A DNA stretch of 64,000 nucleotides from Planctomycetota bacterium (GTDB taxonomy: Bacteria; Planctomycetota; UBA8108; UBA1146; JAJFFE01), in NCBI GenBank assembly GCA_039028735.1, contig JBCCHQ010000016.1:1758-65757 (forward strand), read 5' to 3'. Each line of letters begins with the position of its first letter. The stretch's first letter is position 1. A program made the translations under genes and the position numbers. The notes beneath the pieces are model-generated. The model was not told where the DNA came from. It saw only the letters and a list, made by a program, of their open reading frames with translations, and did no database searches. Shown here in pieces: positions 9,248 through 19,788 of this stretch.

Positions 9248-9802
9248 ATGTCCCGCTTTTCCCTGAACTCACTACGTGCGCGCCGAATCGTGTGTCGTAA
9301 CCGCGTGTCCTCGTTCGTTGTCGTTGCGGCTTGCCTGATGCTTGGCGCTGTCGCGTCGGCTCGCGGCCAAGAAGAGGGTGCGGTTCAGGCGACGGGAACG
9401 GACGGTCCCAAGTTCCAAAGCGTCATCGTCGTGCAACTCGCCGTCAAAGACATCGACGCTGCCGTGAAGTTCTACACAAAGACGCTGGGGCTCGAGCTGG
9501 GATACCAGATCGATGCAATCAAGTGGGCGCAGATAAAGACCCCGGTTCCGGGCTTCACGCTGGGGATCGGCGAGGACCGAACGGCAAAGGGGAGCGGCAC
9601 GGCGTCGGTCAACCTCGCAGTCGCAGATACGGACGCCGTACGCAAGATGCTCGAAGAACGCGGCGTGAAGTTCAGCCAAACGATGGAGATCCCCGGAGTG
9701 GTCCGTTTGGCCGACTTCACGGATCCCGACGGCAACCGTTTGCGCCTGGCCGGCCCCCCGACTGGGAAACCGGCCCAGGGGAAGACCGAGGAGAAGCTGT
9801 AG
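9248..9802 (+). CDS. Secreted VOC/glyoxalase-family protein
   Basis: Signal peptide, then VIVVQLAVKDIDAAVKFYTKTLGLE...ADFTDPDGNRLRLA (glyoxalase fold motifs). Start moved downstream of the ORF-track start to the ATG at 9248. Confidence 0.6.
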   Translation: MSRFSLNSLRARRIVCRNRVSSFVVVAACLMLGAVASARGQEEGAVQATGTDGPKFQSVIVVQLAVKDIDAAVKFYTKTLGLELGYQIDAIKWAQIKTPVPGFTLGIGEDRTAKGSGTASVNLAVADTDAVRKMLEERGVKFSQTMEIPGVVRLADFTDPDGNRLRLAGPPTGKPAQGKTEEKL

Positions 9803-9813
9803 CGAAACCGCCG

Positions 9814-10692
9814 CTACTGCGGCTGGCTCAGCTGTCGCAAGCGCTCGATACGCTCTTTCTCTTCGGCGACCCAGCCAATTTGTGACAGCTTGCCATAGGC
9901 TTCAGCGAAGAATGGGCGTGCCTCTTCGGCGCGTCCGAGCGCGTGCAGGCACTCGCCGATCTCTTCGGCAACGAAGCCCATGTCCTCAATGGGACTCTCT
10001 TCGTACGCAAGACGCAGCTTGCGTTGCTCTTCGAGCGCTTCCTCGGCGCGACCCAATGAGCGCAGGCCGCGGCCAATCGTCCACCGCGCGATGTAGAGCG
10101 GTCGCGTCGAGCTCTTGCGCTCTTCATGGAATGCGAGCCCTTTGCGCCACAGCGTGAGCGCTTCTTCGTAGCGTTCCATTTCGTGGTAGGTCCAGCCAAT
10201 GTTGTTGTAGAGCGCCCCGAGCCAGCGCGCAGCGCGCTCGTCACCGCAGTGCTCGGCGTAGCGCATCGCCTCTTCGTTCCAGTGCAAGGACTTGTCACCA
10301 TCTTCGACGATGCCAAGCATGTGCGCGGCATCGACGGCGTAGCCGTGTAGCGCGTGTTTGCGAGCAAGGTCCCAGGCTTCTGTGAACAGTGGCGCAGAAT
10401 CCACGGGCCGCTTACCGCTGTTGAACGCACGACCACGCTCCAGCAGATACCGCACGCGCACGCTGGGCCCCACGTCCGCGAGAGAACGCTCGACGTCATC
10501 GAGCACCGCATGGGCTGACGAGAAGTCGGATTCCAAACCGTGAGTACGGGCGATCTGCGTCAGTAGCTCTTGGTGGTAGACCGAATCACCGGAGCTTTCG
10601 GCCAGCGGCAGGATCTCGAGGAACTTCTCCCGGGTGGCAGTCGGGTCGTTGTAGTCCCAGAGCTTGTCGAAATTGGGGAGCGGTTCTTTCAT
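9814..10692 (-). CDS. TPR-repeat protein
   Basis: Repeated 34-residue W/Y/A-rich helical motifs (ALGRAEEALEEQRKL..., YEEALTLWRKGLAFHEE...). Confidence 0.6.
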   Translation of the reverse strand: MKEPLPNFDKLWDYNDPTATREKFLEILPLAESSGDSVYHQELLTQIARTHGLESDFSSAHAVLDDVERSLADVGPSVRVRYLLERGRAFNSGKRPVDSAPLFTEAWDLARKHALHGYAVDAAHMLGIVEDGDKSLHWNEEAMRYAEHCGDERAARWLGALYNNIGWTYHEMERYEEALTLWRKGLAFHEERKSSTRPLYIARWTIGRGLRSLGRAEEALEEQRKLRLAYEESPIEDMGFVAEEIGECLHALGRAEEARPFFAEAYGKLSQIGWVAEEKERIERLRQLSQPQ

Positions 10693-10951
10693 CGGGACCT
10701 CTTACACGCCGAGAGCGCAACCAACACGAAAAACAGTAGATACGACGCTACACGCGGCGCCAACCGCGCTCGAAACTCACTACCAGCCATCTTCAGCCCC
10801 TCCTGTCTATACTCCTGATAGCCGGAAAAACGGCGCGACGAAACCCCTTCTCGCAAAAGCGGTCAGGGATTCCTGCTGGCTACCGGAACTGCCGCAGGAG
10901 GGCTCGCTCCCGCAGCTCGCAAGAAATCGCGTCCCCACGAAGGAGTGTCGC

Positions 10952-11794
10952 ATGCACGTCATGGCTGTTCTCTTCTGCTGCTGTCTATTGTCGGGCGATG
11001 CGCCGCGTGCGGTCGACAATCAAGAGTGGATCCAACGCGACCTCGCCGTCGCCCGCCACATCGTTTCGTGCCTGCCGCCAGACGGCGTCCCAACTAGCGC
11101 CTGGCTGGCCAAACTAGCGCCGAGTCGAGACGAACGATTCGAACTCGGCTACGGCGGCCGGCGCCACGACCTCGCGTGCTACGGCGGCTACACGACGACC
11201 TGGATCACGCTGGTGAGTTTCGAAGACCGGATCGTGTCGATCGACATCAAGAACCCCCTCGAGAAAGACGAGGTGGAGCCAGTCGGTCGCGTCCTGACGC
11301 CAGTGTGGAGCAAGTATGCACAACTGTCAGAGGGCACCTTGCACTACAGCTATCGCGATGCCGTCGCCCTGGCTGACTTTCGCGCCGCGGTCAGCGCTGC
11401 ACTGGGCGCACCGGCAAAGGTCGCTGTGAGTGACGCCTATGCAGGTGCCTATGCACTACTGACCGAGCCAGCCAGCAAGCTGGTCTTTGGCGACATCTGC
11501 TACTACGGCGGCACAAAGCCAGAAGGGCGTGCCGCCACGGACTCACTAGTCGCAGGGGAGCAGGTCGCACTACTGCGCAACGTCTTGCGAAGCATGAATC
11601 CGGTCGCTCGCGTGTACGCTGCGGCCGCTTTGTTGAAACTGCAAGCGAATGGCACTGAGCTCGTATCCACCGACGCGGACGTTATCGAAAAGATCCGTAC
11701 GTCGAAAATCTTGCTGCAAGCCTGCTTTGGGTCTCTCCTGCACGAACAGACCGCAGCGGTGCTACTCACCAACAAAGACGACAAGGCCAAGTAG
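10952..11794 (+). CDS. Secreted hypothetical protein with HEAT/armadillo-like C-terminus
   Basis: AAGGAG RBS 6 nt before the ATG at 10952. Signal peptide MHVMAVLFCCCLLSG. C-terminal NVLRSMNPVARVYAAAALLKL. Confidence 0.5.
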   Translation: MHVMAVLFCCCLLSGDAPRAVDNQEWIQRDLAVARHIVSCLPPDGVPTSAWLAKLAPSRDERFELGYGGRRHDLACYGGYTTTWITLVSFEDRIVSIDIKNPLEKDEVEPVGRVLTPVWSKYAQLSEGTLHYSYRDAVALADFRAAVSAALGAPAKVAVSDAYAGAYALLTEPASKLVFGDICYYGGTKPEGRAATDSLVAGEQVALLRNVLRSMNPVARVYAAAALLKLQANGTELVSTDADVIEKIRTSKILLQACFGSLLHEQTAAVLLTNKDDKAK

Positions 11795-11855
11795 GAACCT
11801 CACCGCTGGCTCAGGGGCCCTGCCACATCGCTGTCGTTGCGGGTATCATGCACGC

Positions 11856-14225
11856 ATGCGTTTCCCTAGCAACGATAGCGGCGGTGCGAGTCCGCCTGTG
11901 CAGCGCGGCTTCATCCTCCATCCGACCTACAAGATCGAGAATGGACGCGCTGTCGTGCACCTCTACGGACGGCTCGAAGGTGGCGAACGCTTTCTTGTTC
12001 GTGACGATCGGCAGATACCGCACTTCTACATCCGCACGCAGGACCAGGTTCGCGCGCACGCGATTCCACAAGATCGCTGCGAGCCGAGTGACCGTCATAC
12101 TTTTCAGGGGGACCCGGTCACGCAAGTCGACGTGCGGATCCCTTCCGATACGCCGGGGATTCGCAACAAGCTGCAACGCGACCTGATCCAAACATACGAA
12201 GCCGATGTGCGGTTCGCGATGCGCTACTTGATCGACCGCGGCATTCGCGGATCGATTGCAATTCACGGCCACGGCAAGGCCGTTGCGCAGCGGGCGCTGC
12301 TGTTTGAGAACCCCACATGTACGGCTGGTGATTGGGACCCGGAACTGACACTGCTGTCCTTCGACATCGAAACCGACATGACAGCCGACAAGTTGCTGTC
12401 CTTCTCGCTGTACGGGTGCGGTGCCGCCGAAGTCCACCTGCTCGACGGCCCTGGACTAGCGCGCCCCCAGCGAGCCGTCGTCTACGACGATGAACGTTCG
12501 CTCCTCGAAGCCTTCTGTCGGCGTGTCCGCGAACTGGATCCCGATATCATCACGGGTTGGAACATCGTCGAGTTCGACTTTCCGGTGCTCGAGAAGATCG
12601 GCAAGCGCTGCGGAGTCCCGCTAGAACTCGGACGCAGCGCCGGAGTCGCACGCGTCCAAGCGGGAAGCGGCCGCGGCGGCGCCCTTGTGAACATCATCGG
12701 ACGAGTTGTCCTCGACGGGATTCGGCTACTGCGTGGGGCGTTCGTGCAGATGGACAGCTATGCCCTCGACGCGGTAGCGCGCGAGATCTTGGGTGAAGGG
12801 AAGTTGCTGGCGGGTCATGGGCGCGGTCAAGAGATCAGTCGCCTGTTCGAAGAAGATCGTGACCGCTTCGTCGAGTACAACTTGACCGATGCCCGTTTGG
12901 TCGTCGAGATTCTGGAGAAGATGCGGCTGATCGAACTGAGCGTGGAGCGAAGTCGCTTGACCGGGCTGCCCCTCGACCGGGTATCGGGCTCCATCGCAGC
13001 GTTCGATTTCCTCTACCTGTCAGAGCTGCACCAGCGCAAGATCGTCGCCCCAACCGTCGGCGCTTTCGATGAGGAGCGAGAAGGCACGACTGGCGGACAC
13101 GTTCTCGAGCCGAAACCGGGGCTGCACGACCGAATCTTGGTGTTCGACTTCAAGAGCCTGTACCCAAGTGTGATCCGGACATTTCAGATCGATCCATTGG
13201 GCCTCGTGTACGACCACGGCCAAGAGGAGACAGACCAAATGTCTGTCATCGTCGCGCCGAACGGGGCTCGCTTCCGCCGCGAGCCAGGCATCTTGACGGC
13301 CATCCTGGATGAGCTCTTTCCGCGCCGCGCCGCGGCACAGGCAGCCGGGAACAAGGTTGCCAGCCAAGCCATCAAGATCTTGATGAACTCGTTCTACGGC
13401 GTCTTGGGCACGCCAGCCTGCCGCTTCTACAACAGCGCTCTAGCAAACGCGATCACGAGCTTCGGCCGCGAGCTATTGTTGTGGTCGCAAAACTACTTCG
13501 AGCAGCACGGCCACCGGGTCTTGTACGGCGACACCGATAGCCTGTTCGTCGAGTCGAACTGCGAGGACTCCGCTGCGGCCAACGCCCGCGGCGAGGCACT
13601 GTGCGCCGAACTGAACGCAGCTCTGACCAAGCACATCGCCGAGAAGTGGCAAGTCGAGAGTCGCCTAGAGCTGCAGTTCGAGACCCTGTACTTGCGGTTG
13701 TACTTGCCGGCGATGCGGCACAGTACCGCGGGAGCGCGCAAGAGATACGCGGGGATGGTGCAAGACGAGGAGCAAGGCCTCGCGGTGGTCTTCAAGGGAC
13801 TCGAGGCTGTGCGGCGCGACTGGACGGATCTCGCCCGGCGTGTGCAGCGGGAGATCTACCGGCGGCTGTTCCTCGAAGAGCCGATCCCAGACTATCTGTG
13901 CGACATCATCGATGACTTGCGTGCGGGGCAGTTCGATGAAGAGCTCGTCTATCGCAAAGCGCTGCGCAAGAAGCTAGAAGCGTACACATCGACGACCCCC
14001 CCACACGTCGCTGCGGCCCGCAAACTCGATACGCCTCCGGGACGTCTGATCGAGTACTACATGACCAAGGAGGGACCCGAACCTTTGGCCAAACACGACA
14101 GCCCGATCGACTACGAGCACTACCTCGACAAGCAGCTCCGCCCGATCGCCGAGCCGGTCCTGGATTTGATCGGTGTGAGTTTTCAGTCACTGCTGGGTGG
14201 AGAACAGCAACTCGAGTTGTTCTAG
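11856..14225 (+). CDS. polB: DNA polymerase, family B (Pol II-like)
   Basis: Exo motif FDIETD, polymerase motif A DFKSLYPSVI, motif B KILMNSFYGVLG, motif C YGDTDSLFV. Confidence 0.85.
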   Translation: MRFPSNDSGGASPPVQRGFILHPTYKIENGRAVVHLYGRLEGGERFLVRDDRQIPHFYIRTQDQVRAHAIPQDRCEPSDRHTFQGDPVTQVDVRIPSDTPGIRNKLQRDLIQTYEADVRFAMRYLIDRGIRGSIAIHGHGKAVAQRALLFENPTCTAGDWDPELTLLSFDIETDMTADKLLSFSLYGCGAAEVHLLDGPGLARPQRAVVYDDERSLLEAFCRRVRELDPDIITGWNIVEFDFPVLEKIGKRCGVPLELGRSAGVARVQAGSGRGGALVNIIGRVVLDGIRLLRGAFVQMDSYALDAVAREILGEGKLLAGHGRGQEISRLFEEDRDRFVEYNLTDARLVVEILEKMRLIELSVERSRLTGLPLDRVSGSIAAFDFLYLSELHQRKIVAPTVGAFDEEREGTTGGHVLEPKPGLHDRILVFDFKSLYPSVIRTFQIDPLGLVYDHGQEETDQMSVIVAPNGARFRREPGILTAILDELFPRRAAAQAAGNKVASQAIKILMNSFYGVLGTPACRFYNSALANAITSFGRELLLWSQNYFEQHGHRVLYGDTDSLFVESNCEDSAAANARGEALCAELNAALTKHIAEKWQVESRLELQFETLYLRLYLPAMRHSTAGARKRYAGMVQDEEQGLAVVFKGLEAVRRDWTDLARRVQREIYRRLFLEEPIPDYLCDIIDDLRAGQFDEELVYRKALRKKLEAYTSTTPPHVAAARKLDTPPGRLIEYYMTKEGPEPLAKHDSPIDYEHYLDKQLRPIAEPVLDLIGVSFQSLLGGEQQLELF

Positions 14226-14408
14226 GGGTTGCTTGGTTGGCAGGAGTGGGAGGAAGGCTTAGCCCCGAGTAACTGGAGCGACGTAGTTCAACGTCTGTGA
14301 ATGTGTAGGTCGCCAGTTTGACTCGAGGCTAATCACCTCCGCTGACATGTACTTCGGCCAGCGGGGTGGGAACTTTGAGGACTTTCTCGGAAATTCCGAA
14401 AACTTGCC

Positions 14409-15605
14409 TCAACCCTCGTTTCGCGGCAGCGTCTGCAGCTTCACGGGCACCTCAACGATCTCACGGTCACGGATCACCGAGACGGCGACCGTGTCACCGA
14501 CGCTGAAATCCTGCAGGATGCTCTGCAGCTCGTTGATCGTCGGACAGGCGCGGCCATTGATCTTGACGATGATGTCCCCCTGACGGTCCCCATCCTGATC
14601 GAGCAAACCCGAGGCCTCGGCCGATCCCCCAGCGAGAAGATCACGGATGTACAGGCCGTAGACATTTCGACGCAACGACACTGGAGTCAAGACGACACCC
14701 AGTCCCGGGGTCTTCACCTGACCGTGCTCGATCAGGTCGGGGACAATGTGGCGCACCGTGTCGGCCGGGATCGCAAAGCCGATCCCGGCATAAGCACGAG
14801 TGGGACTGGCGATCGCGGTGTTGACGCCGATCAAGCGCCCCGCACTGTCGAGCAGCGGCCCCCCCGAGTTGCCGGGGTTGATCGCGGCGTCGGTCTGGAT
14901 CACGCCGTACAGAGTGGTGCGTGCCTCCGACTCGATCTCACGACCAAGGGCACTGATCACACCTGTCGTCAGCGTTTGATCGAGGCCGAACGGATTACCG
15001 ATCGCGAGAACCTTCTGCCCCACCTGTAGATCGTACGAAGTGCCGACCGGGACTGGGCGCAAGCGGTCTGCCGGTGCGTCGATCTTCAAGACGGCCAGAT
15101 CTTTGTTCGGAGAGACCCCAACGAGAGCAGCGTCCCAGGAGCTCTGGTCCGACAGCGTCACTTTCGCGATCTTCACGCCCCGCCGGAGACGGGCGCCCAG
15201 ATTCAGAACGTGGAAGTTCGTGACGATGTGTCCTTCTTTGTCCCAGACGAAACCGGTGCCGGTCCCCTCGGTGCGCACGACGCGGTAGAAGTTGCGCTTC
15301 ACACCGTAGGCGGTCACGTGCACGGTCGACGGCGACGCCTCCCGGAAGAGTCGAATCTGGGCCTGTTCGTCGGGCAAGAACTCACCTCGCGGCGTTACGC
15401 TGCGCGCGGCGGCGTCCGTCACCTCGTCGCGGCTCCAGCGCCAGCTCGCGACCAGCACGAGCGCAACCGACAACAGGCCAACCAGGACCAACAGCGGGCG
15501 GGTGCGGGGCGCGCCAGCCGGGTTGCCACGAGAATCCATCCCGCCCGGAGTCTGTGTTCGTGGACCATAGTTTGGGGGTGGTGCGTCGGGTGTGTTCCAA
15601 TTCAT
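14409..15605 (-). CDS. HtrA/DegP-family serine endopeptidase with C-terminal PDZ domain
   Basis: Trypsin-like catalytic region (HVVTNFHV, DLAVLKID, GNSGGPLLD). PDZ-like C-terminus. N-terminal TM. GAAGGAGA RBS before the ATG at 15605. Confidence 0.8.
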   Translation of the reverse strand: MNWNTPDAPPPNYGPRTQTPGGMDSRGNPAGAPRTRPLLVLVGLLSVALVLVASWRWSRDEVTDAAARSVTPRGEFLPDEQAQIRLFREASPSTVHVTAYGVKRNFYRVVRTEGTGTGFVWDKEGHIVTNFHVLNLGARLRRGVKIAKVTLSDQSSWDAALVGVSPNKDLAVLKIDAPADRLRPVPVGTSYDLQVGQKVLAIGNPFGLDQTLTTGVISALGREIESEARTTLYGVIQTDAAINPGNSGGPLLDSAGRLIGVNTAIASPTRAYAGIGFAIPADTVRHIVPDLIEHGQVKTPGLGVVLTPVSLRRNVYGLYIRDLLAGGSAEASGLLDQDGDRQGDIIVKINGRACPTINELQSILQDFSVGDTVAVSVIRDREIVEVPVKLQTLPRNEG

Positions 15606-15854
15606 CGGGTCTCCTTCAACAATACTCTGTGGCTGCGCGAGCATGCGGTCGAACGCATGGGCGGGACCACAGACGGGCTCCTATTCTAGTCGGACTCACG
15701 TTCTGGTCCACCGGCGGATCTGCGGCACCGGTTGCGCCCCCGAGACCAAAAGAGGTACGGTGCGCCCCACGTGCTTGGCAACACCCAGCGCACAGCCAAG
15801 CTCTGGCCGGCGTCCAAGCTCAGAACGAGCGAGACCAGTAAGAGAAAGGGCAGC

Positions 15855-17060
15855 GTGTCCCCTTCGCGGACCTCTGACGAAGCAAGGCTCGTGCCGATTG
15901 CTGTCGACGAGCTCGTTGCGATTCTGCAGCAGAGCCAAGGCGTCAGAACCTTGCTACCGCGCGGCCTCGCAACCCGCCCCGTCGTCGCGGTCGCCAAACC
16001 CCGCGCCCAAGCAGTCACCGAGCTGAACCTCGCGCAGATGCCGCGGGAGATCGATCTCGACCCCGACGAGATGGTGGTGACCGTGACTGCTGGGACGCCA
16101 CTGGCAGATCTCGATGCTGCTGCCAGAGCCCATGGATTGTTCGTACCACCGATCCTTACGGGGACACCGCTCGACGCGAGGATGCCAGGACAACACGGCC
16201 TTCTCGCGGGAACCATCGGTGGCCTCTACTCCGACCCGCGCGAACTCAGCACGAGCGCCAGCCTCGGCCGAGTTCGCGATCATGTTCTGGGTATCGAAGC
16301 GGTACGCGGGGACGGCACGCCATTCAAGAGTGGCGGTCGCGTCGTCAAGAACGTCACCGGATACGACGTGACGCGCTTTCTCTGTGGTGCCCGCGGGCGC
16401 TGGGGCGTCATCACGAAGCTGCACTGGCGGCTACAGCCCAGGCCGCAACAGGCCGCAAGTGCGCAGTTCGAGTTCGGCACGGCGTCCGAACTGTGGCGTG
16501 GCGTGGATGCGATCCGTGATTGCGGACGCGAACCCCTCGACGCATGGGTCATGCCGGATGAACACATCTTAGGAATTGTCGAAGCGTCGCGCGGCGAGTT
16601 CGCCAGCACTCAGATGCAACACTATCGGGAGCTGCTGCAGGACAATGGCGGCACCGAGATCGAGCCGGCCGCGCCGCGAGGCACAACCGCTGCCGAGAGC
16701 TGCAACGCAACGACACTGGTGCGCGTGCGCGCTCCGTACAGCCGCTGGGCTACGCTGACCAACCCTGTCGCAGGCGTGCAGTGGGAACGCGTGCACCCGT
16801 TCGCGGACTTCGCTCTCGCCAGGCTGCCACACCACGAACTAACCCCGACAGTCGCCGCGCTGCTGCAATTGCGGCAACAGTGGGCTCCATTGGGAGCGAC
16901 CCTCGCTGTCGAAGCCATCACGCCGGATCTCTTTGGCTTGGATCGCGCAACGCTTCACGGAACCGACGAACCATCAGCCGTGCGCGAACTCGCGCAGCGC
17001 TTGCATAAGGAATGGGATCCTCATGGAACGCTCGACTACGAGGCCGCCGATGGACCGTAG
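15855..17060 (+). CDS. FAD-binding oxidase subunit, GlcE-like (PCMH-type FAD domain)
   Basis: FAD-binding PCMH-type motifs (VVTVTAGTPLADL, GTIGGLYSDP, NVTGYDVTRFLCGARGRWGVITKL). Start is an uncertain GTG at 15855. Stop overlaps the start of the next gene. Confidence 0.55.
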   Translation: MSPSRTSDEARLVPIAVDELVAILQQSQGVRTLLPRGLATRPVVAVAKPRAQAVTELNLAQMPREIDLDPDEMVVTVTAGTPLADLDAAARAHGLFVPPILTGTPLDARMPGQHGLLAGTIGGLYSDPRELSTSASLGRVRDHVLGIEAVRGDGTPFKSGGRVVKNVTGYDVTRFLCGARGRWGVITKLHWRLQPRPQQAASAQFEFGTASELWRGVDAIRDCGREPLDAWVMPDEHILGIVEASRGEFASTQMQHYRELLQDNGGTEIEPAAPRGTTAAESCNATTLVRVRAPYSRWATLTNPVAGVQWERVHPFADFALARLPHHELTPTVAALLQLRQQWAPLGATLAVEAITPDLFGLDRATLHGTDEPSAVRELAQRLHKEWDPHGTLDYEAADGP

Positions 17061-18273
17061 TCAACTGCAGCAGCTACCCACGTTGAAGGACTGCGTACAC
17101 TGCGGTCTCTGCCTGCCGGCCTGCCCCACTTACGCCATCACCGGCAAAGAAGTGGAGTCTCCTCGGGGTCGCATTGCAGCGCTACGCCTACTGGCCGAGG
17201 GCAAGTCCGACGTCACGCCTGCATTGGCGGAAGGACTCGACAACTGCCTGATCTGTCGCTCTTGCGAAAGCCACTGCCCGTCAGGAATCAGCATGGAACA
17301 GCTGATCGCCGGCTACCGCGCTGACACTCCAGCCAAAGGATGGCGCGCCGCGCTAGAGCGCTTTGCACTCCGCAGAGTAGTCGCCGCACCACGACGGATG
17401 CGCATGGCAACGGCGCTCGCTGCTGCCAGTGCGCCCATACTGCGACACCTGCCGCTCGCACGACTGGGGTTGCCGGCTGACTTGCCGCGCCGCGACCGCC
17501 TAAGAACGCGCAAGCTGCCACTGCCGCGGCGGCTTGATCCGGCCGGCGATGCTCGCGGGACGGTCGCCCTGCTGCGCGGCTGCATCACCGACATCTGGTT
17601 TCGCGACGAGCTGTTGGCAACCGCGCGTGTCCTGCGTCACAACGGTTATGTAGTGCATTTGGTCGGACCCGGATGCTGCGGCGCACTGCACAAGCATGCG
17701 GGCTTGGCGGAGACGGCAGAGCAGCTAGGAACGACAGCCGCAGAGCAGCTATTGGCAGTTCAGCCCGACTGGATCGCGATCGAATCCGCTGGTTGCGCCC
17801 CGGTCTTTGCAGGCGAGCACGCAATCACTGGCCCCCTGACCCAGACCGCGGACAAAGCCATCGACCCGTTCACGTTGCTCGTAACTGAGGGATGGCAGCC
17901 GCCACGCCTGCGAGTCTCAGGTGACTGGGTCGTCGCACCGCCGTGTCACCATCAGCACGGCCCGTTCGGCGAGGACGGCGTGCGTACGGTACTCGAGCAG
18001 ACACTGACGAGCGGCTACCGCGAGTTGCCGCCACCGGACCACTGCTGCGGTGCGGCTGGCACGTACATGGTGCGCAACGCGCGACAGTCTCGTGCGATCG
18101 GCGACGCCGCGCGTGCACGATTCATTGCCAGTGGCGGTACTGGGCTCGTGACCGGAAACCCAGGCTGCCTGCTGCGCTGGGAGTCGCTCCTCCCCGATTC
18201 GACACCCGTCCTCCACCCCTTAGCCGTCCTCGATCGCGCGTATCGCGATGGGGGTGACTACACCGACGCGTGA
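17023..18273 (+). CDS. glcF: Fe-S oxidoreductase, GlcF-like (two 4Fe-4S ferredoxin motifs plus two CCG cysteine-rich domains)
   Basis: CVHCGLCLPACP and CLICRSCESHCP, followed by CCG-type Cys clusters (GCCGALHKHAG / HCCGAAGTYM). Confidence 0.65.
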   Translation: MERSTTRPPMDRSQLQQLPTLKDCVHCGLCLPACPTYAITGKEVESPRGRIAALRLLAEGKSDVTPALAEGLDNCLICRSCESHCPSGISMEQLIAGYRADTPAKGWRAALERFALRRVVAAPRRMRMATALAAASAPILRHLPLARLGLPADLPRRDRLRTRKLPLPRRLDPAGDARGTVALLRGCITDIWFRDELLATARVLRHNGYVVHLVGPGCCGALHKHAGLAETAEQLGTTAAEQLLAVQPDWIAIESAGCAPVFAGEHAITGPLTQTADKAIDPFTLLVTEGWQPPRLRVSGDWVVAPPCHHQHGPFGEDGVRTVLEQTLTSGYRELPPPDHCCGAAGTYMVRNARQSRAIGDAARARFIASGGTGLVTGNPGCLLRWESLLPDSTPVLHPLAVLDRAYRDGGDYTDA

Positions 18274-18312
18274 GCTATAATCACGCGAACTCATCAACCA
18301 CGGAGAACAGCC

Positions 18313-18798
18313 TTGTTGAAGTGCCCCGCCCCACGACTATGGATCATCCCTGCCGTGCTACTCCTGATGGCAGTGGTGCAACGCTACCACGCTGAGGTAA
18401 CGCACCTGCATCCGTGGAAAGGGGGCGGCTTCGGCATGTTCGCAGCGGTTCCCCCGACGCACTTGCTCACGATGAAGACCCAAGATGGGAAGTTCTATTA
18501 CAAGACACCTACGCCGGACACGATGCGTCGTGCGGGGCGCGTGCTCAGTACTCATCCGACCCCCGCGCGGTGCGAGCAGTTCGGGGCAGCAATCCTCGAA
18601 CAGGATTGGGTTCTGATCCCCGGCGCCGACGGCAACTTCCCTGTGACGAGAGATCGCGCCAGCGCATTTCCCAGCGCCCAACCGGTCACGCTGAAAGAAG
18701 TCACGCTCGACATTTCGCAGTACGTTTTCGACAAGAAGACATCTCAGATGCGCCATGCGCCGCTGCTCGACTCCGTGACCGTGAAGAGAACGAACTAA
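18313..18798 (+). CDS. Hypothetical membrane-anchored protein
   Basis: N-terminal TM (LWIIPAVLLLMAVV). No recognisable domain. Confidence 0.35.
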   Translation: MLKCPAPRLWIIPAVLLLMAVVQRYHAEVTHLHPWKGGGFGMFAAVPPTHLLTMKTQDGKFYYKTPTPDTMRRAGRVLSTHPTPARCEQFGAAILEQDWVLIPGADGNFPVTRDRASAFPSAQPVTLKEVTLDISQYVFDKKTSQMRHAPLLDSVTVKRTN

Positions 18799-18802
18799 CC
18801 CG

Positions 18803-19768
18803 ATGCGACAGTTCTTCGAGAAACTGCTGAGTCGCGACCCACTGGACACGGTGCTGCTGCTGACGCTGCTTCTCGTTGCGGTGAATCCCGGTGAGTCTTT
18901 GATGCTGCATGCGTCGATACAGACTTCCAGCGGTCCGCTGCATGCCGATGGCTCCGTGTGGCTCGATTGGCTATTGCTGGTGAGCACCGCCATCGTTGGC
19001 GTCAGCGGGATCTTGTCGCCCCAGCTACGGTCGTCGGCCGCGCTCTGGTTCACACTCGGCGGGCTGCTGGCTGTCGTCAACGTCTGGCACAACTGGCACT
19101 TCTCCGACAACCACAAGTTCGTGATCTGCTATTGGTGTTTCGGCCTCGGAATCTGCCAGCAGCTGCGCGATCCAGCCCGCGGCGCTGCTTGGACTGGACG
19201 CATCTTGGTTGGACTCGTGTTCGGGGTGGCGACTCTGTGGAAAGTCACGTCGCTGGGCTACCTCGACGGCTCCACGTTCCAGTTCCTGTTGATCACTGAC
19301 GAACGCTTCTTCGCAATGGCGCATGCGTTGGCTGGTTTCACGACCGACATGTTCGAAGCAAACCGCCTGGTCCTGACCGAAGAGCTCGCCAAGCCGACAC
19401 AACTCCTGCCGACAGTCCAGTACGTCGCGGCGCACTCACTACAGACGACAGAGTCGATCCCGGCGCTTGCCGTGTTCTTGACGTGGTGGACGATCTTGAT
19501 CGAGGGAGCCATCGCCGTCCTGTTTCTGATCGATCGGGGTGAGAAGTGGGAGAAGTGGCGCCATGGCGTGCTGCTGTTCTTCATCTTCACGACCTACCCG
19601 CCAACCAGCGTGATCAAGTTCGGCTGGATCTTGGTGATCATGGCGCTCGCGGCGGTCCCGTCGGAGTGGCGCCGCACCCGCACGGCGTACCTGTTCCTGT
19701 TCTTGTACATCTACGTGTTTGCAGAAAGCTTCCTGCGCAACGCATACTTCAGCTGGGCCAAGGGCTAG
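18803..19768 (+). CDS. Polytopic integral membrane protein, uncharacterised (possibly HTTM-like)
   Basis: About 8 predicted hydrophobic helices. Adjacent to and co-oriented with the previous ORF. Confidence 0.45.
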   Translation: MRQFFEKLLSRDPLDTVLLLTLLLVAVNPGESLMLHASIQTSSGPLHADGSVWLDWLLLVSTAIVGVSGILSPQLRSSAALWFTLGGLLAVVNVWHNWHFSDNHKFVICYWCFGLGICQQLRDPARGAAWTGRILVGLVFGVATLWKVTSLGYLDGSTFQFLLITDERFFAMAHALAGFTTDMFEANRLVLTEELAKPTQLLPTVQYVAAHSLQTTESIPALAVFLTWWTILIEGAIAVLFLIDRGEKWEKWRHGVLLFFIFTTYPPTSVIKFGWILVIMALAAVPSEWRRTRTAYLFLFLYIYVFAESFLRNAYFSWAKG

Positions 19769-19788
19769 TACACAAACTCGTTCGCCGA

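Noticed and set aside
10664-10951. 5' part of ORF 10664-11794
   Set aside because: It overlaps the TPR gene end. A strong AAGGAG RBS and a signal peptide begin at 10952.
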